Program-made: the position numbers and the translations under genes
The notes under the pieces: model-generated
What the model saw: only the letters and a program-made list of their open reading frames with translations
Databases searched by the model: none
What the model was told of the DNA's origin: nothing
Shown: positions 53,832 through 64,000 of the stretch, in pieces
How the letters are laid out: each line of letters starts with the position of its first letter
Numbering within the stretch: position 1 is the first letter of the stretch
From: Chlorokybus atmophyticus
Taxonomy: Eukaryota; Plantae; Mesostigma and Chlorokybus algae
Assembly (NCBI GenBank): GCA_009103225.1
Contig: RHPI01000193.1
Location: 688,386 to 752,385 of the forward strand
Reading direction: 5' to 3'
Length of the DNA: 64,000 nt

Positions 53832-56001
53832 CTAGCAGTATTTGCTGGTGCCTGATAACATCATCAGCAGCACCACTAGGCACACAGGCATAACATTCCA
53901 CGCATTTACCATCCTGTCCTTGGTCCGGGGGAGACACTTTGCCTTGGCAGAAATCTGCATGAGCTCACACACATGGAAGGCGCTTGAGCACGCACGCACA
54001 CACGCACGCATGTTTTACGTGAGCATGTATGCATGCACGCAGATGCAGTTGTGCCGTTTTTGGTACTGCGAGATAGAGAACCCATGATGATGGATGCCAG
54101 CGCATACCAGAATGATGCAGGGGATGGAGATAATGTGCAGGCTTAGCAGGGACGCTGCGACGATGATAGCCTTCTTGGGCTCATGCAACTGCAAGCACAC
54201 AACGGCGGATGAACTGATTGGTCTCCCTGGCTTATTATTGTGCACGTATGCCCGTTTGCGAGCGTGCGTGTCTGCACCCGTGCATGGGTTGCAACCCTGG
54301 TAACCTGCTGCTTACCAATGACCAGCATGTCAAGAACCATTCAGCTAGAGTGAACACCCCGCCCTGCCACACTATGATGGGGACGTAAAACCATGCGAGT
54401 TCGCGCCAAGCTTTAAGGCGGCTGCATTGAGGTACTTCAATTTCAATGTAAGCCCCAATACGGCAAGGTGGGCGTGCCGTTGCACACACGCCCACACATA
54501 CATGCATGTGGGCGTGCACGCACAAATGCGCACACCCGCACACCACAACCATCACCTTTGTGCTATGAAAGGATGCGGTTGAGCAAGGTTGTCGACGACC
54601 GCGGCTGCCGCGTTGAAGTTGTTGTTGACATCAACAAGGTGGTTGGCTTCTCCGGCAAACAGGACGATATCGGCTGCGCGGATGCTGGCAACTATCTGCC
54701 CACATATCTCGCACTTGTGTGTTTTGCGCTTGGCGAGCCAGCCGATCATGCACACGTAGTGCGCAACCGCCATGCCGCCACGGCAACCACACCTGCGCGT
54801 GTGCCACAATAAGCAAGTGCTCCTGCACGCGCATGCGTGTGTGTGTCTGTGCGCGCGCGGGCGCCATGCAAAACAGACACATGTATGCACGCGCCTTGGA
54901 GTGGAGTACACACTCTGAGGCTATATGTGTGTGTACATGTCCAGCAGGCAGACGTGGGCAATCACATGCAGATGTGCCTACCGCACACGCACACGCACAC
55001 GCACACGCACACGCGTTATTAACCTTAGCGTCGTCGGGCTTGAAGTGCAATCGCCCGCAGGCTTGGTGCAATGCGGCCCGCACGCCATGAAGTGACGCAG
55101 GTCGAGACCCTCCTCCTGCGTGCATGTGCGTGTGTGAATGAATGTGCGTGTGCACATGACCTTGGCCACAACAACAACAACATCAACAATAACAAGACTC
55201 CACGCACCTGCAGGGACTGTATTGCTGCGAGCGGCATCAGCGAGGCAGGTTCGCACCCTTCGAGGTCCACACCAAGGCATATGCGGCAAGGGAGGAGATG
55301 GGCCTGCATGGTGTTATGTTGTGTGTGTGACTCAAGCTCTCTCAACAACGCTTTTGAGCATACTTCAGCTTGCTTCGCAGCTGAACAAGTTGCAGTCAGC
55401 ATGTCCCAAGTCATGCCGCGTAAGAAACCCAACCCATGACACACGCATACATGCACGCAAGAATTTCTTTGCTTTGCCATTTGGTTCAAGCATGCCAGTT
55501 GTTGTAATCACGATATAACTTGCGACTATCATAACCACCACAAGATCGCATGCAAAACGGCTGTTGATGCAGCCATGTGACAGTGTAGGCATTTCTCTAA
55601 CTATGCACTGTTTGCTATTTGCTGTAACGTTGCCTGTATTGTGCGATTACGCAGCTGTGCATATGCGTACATACCATTATGCTCTTGCTCTCAGAGTCTT
55701 CGCTGTCCTCCTCCTTCCCGCTGGAAGCAGCAGCAGCGGCGGCGGCAGTGGCGGCGTCGTGCACTTCGCCAGCATGGATGCTGTCGCCTGCAGGCGCCTG
55801 ATGGACGGCGCGGAGGGGGTCGTGCGGTACCAGCATGTTGACGTTGTTGTTGGTGGTGTCGTTGAAGTCTGTGTCGCTGTGGTGGTGGTCGCTGTCGTTG
55901 TCGTTGCTGTTGTCATTGTTGTTGTCGTTGTTGTCAGCGTTATCAACGACGACGACGATCAGGCTGTCTGCTGCTGCACCCGCCACTTCACCAATACCCA
56001 T
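53832..56001 (-). CDS. Membrane RING-CH E3 ligase copy 3 (RING intact, C-terminal tail truncated)
   Basis: MGIGEVAG..; PCRICL..; CGCRGGMAVAHYVCMIGWLAKRKTHKCEIC. The last exon has TAG (53834-32) where the paralogs have TGG (..YCW..), removing the tail after the last hydrophobic helix. Confidence 0.8.
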
Positions 56002-56015
56002 CATGATGCACAAGG

Positions 56016-56094
<79 letters not shown>

Positions 56095-59000
56095 CGCTCG
56101 CTCTCTGTAAAGATTCAAGGCAAGGAGCCTTTGATTGTGCGAACATGCAGTCCATATGTGTGTGTGAGTAAGCGCTCTGAGTGTCTGAGTAAGCGCTCAG
56201 CGGTGTACTCCCTCGTTATTGGACTGGAGGTGTGCGGAGTCCTGTGTCGATTACATTTCTTCAAGAAGGCGGAATCTCCCCTGTACAAGCACCCCGGCAC
56301 ATAGGTTCTATGATGTTCCGCTTGCCATGCGCATGAAGATGGGTACCACTACATTCTTACATGAAGGCATCTAACGGACGCTCTAAGACATATTGTCAAT
56401 CAGAGCGGCAAAAGGAAGATTGTTTGGAGTCATTGAACCTCTATGCGTTTTTATTGCATACTGGCAACGTAAAACTTGTCGAGCGTCTTTTTCGAACAAG
56501 GCATAGTTTTGTTTAACAATAAAACAGAATTCACATTATGTACAAACACCATTCATAATATTTTAACCGTAAACGATATGTTTACATTCAACCTCAGCAA
56601 TAAAATGTGGATGCAGCTTTGTATAATGACACAATCACAGTATATGTTGCACCGAAGAGAGCTTGATACAGCATTGCACATGAAAGCCCCCATGCCCCCC
56701 CCCNNNNNNNNNNNNNNNNNNNNNNNNNNNNNNNNNNNNNNNNNNNNNNNNNNNNNNNNNNNNNNNNNNNNNNNNNNNNNNNNNNNNNNNNNNNNNNNNN
56801 NNNNNNNNNNNNNNNNNNNNNNNNNNNNNNNNNNNNNNNNNNNNNNNNNNNNNNNNNNNNNNNNNNNNNNNNNNNNNNNNNNNNNNNNNNNNNNNNNNNN
56901 NNNNNNNNNNNNNNNNNNNNNNNNNNNNNNNNNNNNNNNNNNNNNNNNNNNNNNNNNNNNNNNNNNNNNNNNNNNNNNNNNNNNNNNNNNNNNNNNNNNN
57001 NNNNNNNNNNNNNNNNNNNNNNNNNNNNNNNNNNNNNNNNNNNNNNNNNNNCCGCTCTCGTCGCGGGAGCTTGTATATGTAGAAGGCAAATTATTTCAAA
57101 AAAAATATGCAGATATGTGTTGCCGCCAATGTGGCCACCAATCTTAAGCAATGCACCCTTATAACATGAGCAGTCTTTTTGGATACTTTATTTTATAATA
57201 AAAGGGTAAACGACAAATGACTTTTTTGAAAAGAATCTCGAGAAAGCACAGAGTTTATCTCTTATTTAAACATTTCGTTATTGTGATATATGAAGTTATA
57301 TGAGTCATTGCATGTTATGCTACATGCCACCCACCACTACCATTCTCTCATACATTGTTGAACATAAAACACCCAATGTCGTTGTACACATGGATGCATC
57401 ATGCTTCATGACATCCAATGAGTTACGAAAAGCACTTTTTCTTCTCCAATTATGGGGCCATGGTAGGAGAGAAGAGAAGTCTTGTTGAAAAGTGAAGGAG
57501 ATGGTGTTGAGTAGCTCTATCGTATATGACATTGTACAACTCTACGATATAATTGTACAGCCGCTGTATAACAATGATTGGTGAAAGGATACAATATTAA
57601 GCATACACGCGTGCAACGTATCATTAAGGAAAACACATGTGTGTTTAGCTTTGCTAGTTGAACAGCGTCATGCATAGTACGCCAACAACACGCGTGCGCA
57701 TTGTAATAAGACAATGATACCGCTGTTGTGTCCTGTTGATGTTACACAGCAAGATTCTCAGCTGATTAATGTATGACCTTGACTGTAGTAAACAAGCTCA
57801 GTGTGAGGCTGTCCTTTGTTATCAGAGGCTTCAAACCTTTACAAAAGCCCTCCACCCATACTACCGCAGAGGCTTTATTTTGTGTTGGACATCGATTGTT
57901 GATATATGGCAGCTTGTTTAAGACCATGCAAGATGCAAGGTATGTGTTTTTATAAGCCTACCATTGTCATTGATTGCTTAGGGTCAGCATTGCAGGTGCT
58001 TTACGTTATAACTACTGCGTTACTTTGCATGTTTGTAATGCATAGTCAATGAAATACATGTAACAAGCTTGCCAACACACACACACACACACACACACAC
58101 ATATGCATGTATATATATGTATGTGTTTATACATATAGATGCATATATATGTGTGTATGCGTAGATATATCTGTACACATATACATATATGTATTATTAT
58201 ACATATACTGGTCGCCATGCAACTCATGTGGAGGCGCACCGCAATGAGACAATAAACGTTGTAACCGGCATGGAATCTGATCCGGCGACGTTATGCAGGG
58301 TGTATCAGATCGAGATTCCCCCCTTCTCACCTTGAATGACTCGCTTCAACATAAGAATCCGTGGTGTATAGCTTTTGTATAAAATGATGAAAACCATTGA
58401 TGCTTATTGAGTCTACTCGTATAAAATGATGAGTATTGCAATAGTACCTATCGTACCTACCCCTATAGGAAGCCCTTTTTTGTACATAAGCCCCCCCCCT
58501 CCCCCNAATTGTTTCTCGGGTGGGCCTCTGATTGAGCCCGATTTTACCCATAACTGGCAATTACACAAGCCCCACCCGTTTTGGCCAAGGGGCCTTGCAA
58601 TGCAATCCATCCATAAAGTATAGTCGTAATGTATCACAGTATATTAATATAAGATATGCACATGTATGGTATAATACAATCAAACCTCGTTCTAAGCACA
58701 ACATCACTTCCAAGCAACAATGTGCTTGCATCGAGGTGCTTTCTTCGATGTATGCACACTGTGCATACCATGCATAAACCTCTCAATACGTCGCAAATTT
58801 TACACGGTGACTGACTAAGGACTGAGGGACTGACTGGTGCCTGAGCCTGCCTGAGCCTGCCTATTGCTGCCTGAAATATTACTTTTGGACTGTTGGGTTT
58901 GCCGTTGGCTTAAGTGGACTAACGCAGACGGCCGCGGGCCGAAAGTGGTTGTCAGTGGCACTAACCGGCCGAGAGTTGTCAACCAGTTACCCTTTGGTCG

Positions 59001-59351
59001 ATGTGCACAGACGGCCGTTGACCGGTAGTTACGGACAGCTGACAGCAATAGCCGGCAGTTTCTTTGCCGTTACACTGCTGTTAATATGTGACCCTTGCCA
59101 TTTGACAAAAGTTGGCAATTCTTGCCGTAAGCCAACACTAACATGCCATGCAGCTTGTACAAACCTTGGACTAATTGTTTGGTCTTGCACCTAAAAGCCC
59201 ACAATATATACAATGTACGGGCAGTGGTGAGAGTATGTCCACTTACAACTGAGCAGCCGACTTGCGCATGAAACTATCCTATAACATTGAGTCTAGCTGT
59301 CGGACTCATGCGCAGCTTGTCAACCCGTGGTGCCTGCCTAAGAACTCCTCC

Positions 59352-60286
59352 TCAAACCCCCTCCTCCTGTTCCTCCTCCGACGAGTCTTCTGCTTCAACG
59401 CCGGAGTCATCTTCATCCGCTGCCTCGCTCGCTGACAGTACAGCGGCTACTTCGTCCTTCAGCTTGAATGTCAGCGCCTCGCCGTGCACGCGCATGCGCT
59501 TGATGGTCGCTTTGAGAGTGACCACCTGCATTTGGTAATGCTGTAAGAGTGGCGTGCTGCCAGAGGACTAGCCCATCAGCATACACACGCTTACCTCGTC
59601 TTCCGCTTTGTTGCACTCCGCCAGGCAGACAGTCAGCCTGCCGCGCTGCTCTTGGTTCACTCTGACCAACATGGCAATCTGCAAGCATACTGCTTAATTA
59701 CCGCTGGAAACATTAAACTAGGTCATAGATTACCCGTTCGTTTGACTCCGCAGCTTCTCTTTTGCGACTTGTGAGCTCCCGCAAGTAGAAATAGGCTGTG
59801 CATTTGCGAGATTGGTCATGCTGTTCATGTGCATGACACTGGAGGTTGTGCATGAGGGTGTGCATGTCGTATTGACAATGTATGTCAAGTGCAAGATACT
59901 TGAGGCTGTGCATGTGCAAGATAAAAGAACCCTAGCATGTGGCATTGACAGTGCATCGTAACCCACCTTGGTTATGCCAGTCTTGTTTGGTCCCTTCAAT
60001 CATGTCGCCGTGGTCGCAGCTGCTGGTGGGTCGGATTTTCTTAGAGGCAGTATTGTGGTGTGCCTTTGCCCACTCGGAGGGGGAGCCCTGTAAGATATCG
60101 CCCGAGTCACTGTTGTCATTGGATGTGCCCTTGGTAGTCTTGGTGGGGTTTGACACCGAGGACACCCCTCCGGCACCCTGCCCGCCCTGTGCGAACATGG
60201 AATTCATCCCGGACCTCGACCACAATGCCCACTACGCCCCTGGCAGCGCCGCCAACGATCTTCCAAACGCCACATACCCTCGGCAT
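59352..60286 (-). CDS. Unknown 187-aa protein (helical core, acidic tail), divergent from the Plavaka-type transposase
   Basis: Exons 60286-60278, 60186-59967, 59795-59734, 59678-59595 and 59540-59352 are all GT-AG, total 564 nt, with no internal stop: MPRGGQGAGGVSSVSNPTKTTK..DWHNQAYFYLRELTSRKREAAESNERIAMLVRVNQEQRGRLTVCLAECNKAEDEHYQMQVVTLKATIKRMRVHGEALTFKLKDEVAAVLSASEAADEDDSGVEAEDSSEEEQEEGV*. The 9-nt first exon is the least certain part. Confidence 0.7.
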
Positions 60287-60366
60287 CACGCCCCTGTAAG
60301 GGCATAGCTTGGCGGAGCTATCAATGGTGTTTTCATGCGCAGGGGGACTGACATTGCCAGAGTTGT

Positions 60367-60559
60367 CAATGGTACGAACTGCCATTGCCATTGTACAAAG
60401 GTACCATTTCAATGGTACCTTTGTACAATGCCTATACCTTTTGGCAAAGGCATCTTCGTACCATTGAAACGGTTCAATCAGAATATATATGTATATAAAA
60501 ATATCCAGAGACTCACCCTGGACGTGCAATGGCTCGATCGTACCATTATAATGGTACGA
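60367..60559. promoter_or_regulatory. Nested inverted repeats built from AATGGTAC/GTACCATT between the two divergent genes
   Basis: Perfect 20-bp arms at 60389-60408 and 60411-60430; outer 12-bp arms from about 60367 to 60477; perfect 22-bp palindrome at 60538-60559. A regulatory role is inferred from position only. Confidence 0.6.
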
Positions 60560-60716
60560 CGGAGCCAGTGACTGGCGGCCAAGTTTCCCGCCTCTGGCAT
60601 GCAAGGGTAGCGGTAGCGGTGGCGGTGGCGGCGGCGGCGGCGGCGGCGGGTGTGCGTGTTGCTGGATATGATGCAGGTTACATTGGCGACACCTGTGTCG
60701 ACGTTAGTAGTGAGAT

Positions 60717-63700
60717 ATGGGAGTCCTTTGTCCGTATTGCCACATGCGCTTCGCCACACGCAGCTCGGTCTACATGCACATTATTAGCAGCAGGGTGTGC
60801 AAGCAGATCAAGCTGTATGTCGGCCAGCGTCCATTACAGTACGATGCGGGTCATGTTGAACCGGGGAGTTCGATCCAGGATGCTCACATGCTTGATGCTG
60901 AAGGATTCCTCCAGGAGACACACGCACAGCAGCAACAGGAGGAGGAGGAAGTGAACGAGGGCTTTCGATGTGTGCGTGTGCCTGAGAAACCTGTGGCACG
61001 CCAACATGGAAGTGGAGGCGTCCCTTCGCACGCGTCGGAATCCAGGTGGTATGGCTCGGAGCATGCTCTTGCAGTGGCATTCGTGCAGTGCAACAACGGC
61101 CAAGGCCTGTCGGCCTCCGACATGGGGCGGATCATCAAGTGCATCCGAAATGCACACTTCCTGACGGAAGAGCTCCAGTGGGAGACCGGTGTGCATGCGG
61201 CCAGCTACCTCCGGACCACGATTGCTTTCTCTCAGTCTGAGGTGTGTTCACGGTGTGCGGTGCATGTGCTTCAACCATCAGAGCCATGTCACATATGCAC
61301 ATGCGAGTGTGCTGCCGTATCAGAACTACGTGACGGCTGACCTGCGCAAGCCTGGAGACCCTGAGGATCAGGACATCTGCGTCACATATATGCCGGCCAA
61401 GGTCTGTGAAATGCAGTACCTAATGCAGTATCGATGCAGTATCTATTCTGAGGCCAGCATAGTAAGTAATGCTCTTGGTCGGAGCAGGTATGGCTCGCGC
61501 GGTTGTATGGCAATCCACATGCCGCCAATGGCTTCAATCTCCAGTACACTGGTGACGAGCACAGCTTTGGCCATCCTTCCACGGGCGATTGGTGGAAGGA
61601 TGTGGAGGTGGATTTGAGGAGAGAGGTGGGGGAAGCGTCCTACTTGGCGCCTGCCATTCTGTACAGTGACAAGACCACGCTGGACAGCGCGGGCAAGCGC
61701 TCTGGCTACCCTCTGATGGCATCGCTTGCCAACTACAGTTGGGACATGTATGCTAGCAACATGGGGGTTGTTATGATAGCGCTTCTGCCGGTGGTTCACG
61801 CAGTGGCCGGGCATCCCACCTGGGCGCAGGGCAAGGAATCGTTCTCCATTCGGAAACGTGAGATTTTTCATGACGCTTTGAATGTAGTGTTAGGGGATGT
61901 GAAGCGGGCGAGTTGGGAAGGTCTGCAGCTCATCGACCCGAATGGCATCGAGCGTCGTGTGTTTCCCGCGCTTGCCAACTACATCAGCGATTTGCAGGTA
62001 GTGGGCATGAATGGTTGTAACCGGATGCAGCCCGCCAGCAAACAGTGCATGGAGGATGTTGTCAGTAGAACATCTGAGTTTGTCGTGTTGTAGGAGACTG
62101 CCACACTCGCACGCACTGTGTCGGGCAACCAAACACGACATCCTTGCGATGTTTGTCTCGTCACCAAATCAGATCTGTTGGAGATGGATGAGGACCGGGA
62201 ATTGAGAACCGAGGCCTTCTACACACCAGCAATACGTCAGCTGCGGGCGGACCTGCATAGCGGTGTTAGGAATGCACGCCAGACAGCCAAGGCTTTCAAA
62301 GAGCAGCACTCCATGCATGTCGAGGAGGTAATGGTCAAATTACCGGCATTCGTGAGGATGAATGGCTTTCCGTGAAACCAGGCAATGTGGTTTGGCAACA
62401 GAATGCACTGTGGGGTTGGCGACAGTCGCGGGTGCCGGGAGCTGACTGCTACTCTCGTCTTGCCCCTGACGCAATGCATGTGCTGGGAGGCATCATTGAC
62501 CACCTGCTTGCTGCTGTGTACGACGCCGCGAAGGAACGAATGCGTCCATCCACGAGACAGATTCTGCAGGCCAGGCACGTCTTTGGTGTTGCTTTTGTGT
62601 TGAACACAAAAGCCAACAACACGTGCTCACGAGCAGATGTGCACAGGCTGAATGCATGCAAGGCGACTCTGCGGGTTTCGCACTTCAAGGCACCCACAAG
62701 CACAGTAGATTTCTTCCTGTCCGACCACTCCTTTCAGGTGGTGGAGAAAGTGGCGGTGCTGCAGCTGCTGCCGGTCCTCGCAGACGGTTTGCTGCTCGAC
62801 AGTGAGGGCAACGATTTCTTCACCATTGCTGCCGCATCGCTTGCCCAGTGGAACAAGAAGTTGCTGAAGGCGCATGAACACACAAGAGAGACCCTGACCA
62901 CAGCCGACAACGAGCTGGCTGCCTTCAAAGCTGCAGTGTTGCATCCGCTACTGTCGTCATATTCTGCACAGAAGTCAGGTTGGAAGATCGAGAAGATGCA
63001 TCAGCTCACTCATTTTGGGCCGGCAATTGTCAGCAGTGGACACCCAGATTGGTTCAGCGCCAACCGCATGGAGCAGACGCACGCCCAAAATATCAAACGG
63101 TGGGCGCGTGGTGGCAACAACCGGGACTACCAGGCACGTATCCTGAAGGCATGGAGCTGTGCGGAATATGTGAGAGAGGATGGCATGGTCGTGGATCCCG
63201 AGATGCGCTCGGTCATGGCGCAGGCGCGGCAGCAGTGCTGTAATGTCATGGAGAAGACGGACAAGTTGCTACGGATGGATGTGCTGACAAGGAGGGAGTC
63301 CAGCCCGTACTGGAGCGGATCTGCGCGTAGCCGCCAAGTCGCCTTGAAGACTCCATTTGCCGACAAGCTGCCTGCCACCCTGGACAGCTGGTTGAGGAGG
63401 GAACAACTGGAGTTGGCCGACGGGTGGCGTGCTGTTCGCGTGGTGAACGGAGGCGCAGCGGTGTACATGACATCAGGAGTCAGCATGGCGCGCGCAACTG
63501 GGATGTTCCATGGGCGGCCTTGGTTCTCTACACTTGAGTTGGAAGGTGATGAGGACGGTGTGAACGTGACGTGGTGGGCTCAGGCACTCCTTTTTCTGCG
63601 CGTGGTGGTGTGGGGTGGTAGCGGCGAACGCGTGTGAAAGGAGGTCGTGTTTGTCCGCTGGTACATGAAGCTGGATGTGACGAGCGACACAAAGTGCATC

Positions 63701-63868
63701 GCTCTGGAATGGGAAAAGCGTCGAGGCGGTCCACATCTCGATGTCGTGACTCTGGAGCAAGTAAAAGGCATTGTCCAGCTGCTCCCCATGTTTGACAAGG
63801 ACAGCGCCCGTGTATAAGAGGGCAAGTATTGNGGCTATTGGGTGAACGTTCACTGCACTTCCACGTGA
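60717..63868 (+). mobile_element. Plavaka-family transposase gene (N-terminal Zn finger; two premature stops near the 3' end)
   Basis: Exons 60717-61241, 61324-61401, 61488-61997, 62094-62327 and 62402 onward (probable 72-nt GC-AG intron 62575-62646). Motifs STGDWW, APAILYSDKTTL, GYPLMASLAN, REIFHDAL, GIERRVFPALANYISDLQE, PCDVC, APDAMH, KIEKMHQLTHF..G..FSANRMEQTH match the remembered Plavaka pattern. In-frame TGA at 63635 and TAA at 63815, with coding-like sequence continuing to 63868. Element termini not identified. Confidence 0.8.
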
Positions 63869-64000
63869 CACATGTAATTGTCTCACTACTCTCAGTTTGG
63901 AGCATATCAGTCAGCTAGGCATTGCTAATCGTATGCTAAGACTTTTGCATGTGGACGTGTACAATACCGGGCAGCTGTCACTGCACAACTGTCACCACAA

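Noticed and set aside
63960-64000. Possible right TIR of the Plavaka element matching the sequence near 58803
   Set aside because: Only about 6 bp of complementarity (ggtgac/gtcacc), which is chance level; the end probably lies outside the window.

Overview
Intron-rich eukaryotic DNA, most likely from a green-plant lineage such as a streptophyte alga or early-diverging plant. This is inferred from a phytocyanin, a transit-peptide PYD1 and a plant-type tRNA-Gln; the taxon cannot be fixed from this window. Most ORF-track entries are low-complexity intron noise, so genes were rebuilt by hand from GT/GC-AG splice sites. In order: (1) a partial minus-strand gene with a possible DZIP1-like N-terminus; (2) three tandem aquaporin (MIP) genes, two paired head-to-head with phytocyanin genes that the ORF track misses, with reciprocal pseudogenisation between the two cassettes; (3) a decayed chromoviral Ty3/gypsy fragment with a short LTR, next to a 35-bp-period palindrome array; (4) an ATP-PEPCK with a transit-peptide-like extension; (5) an OMA1/M48 peptidase, tRNA-Gln(CTG) and a long hairpin; (6) divergent PYD1 and DCAF8-like WD40 genes; (7) three tandem membrane RING-CH E3 ligases, with an intact hAT transposon (TIRs plus 8-bp TSD) inserted between the first two; (8) a Plavaka-type transposase, head-to-head with an unannotated 5-exon companion gene across a palindrome-rich spacer. 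The best candidates for an undescribed system are the Plavaka-plus-companion module and the phytocyanin-aquaporin cassette. No database searches were run; family calls rest on remembered motifs.
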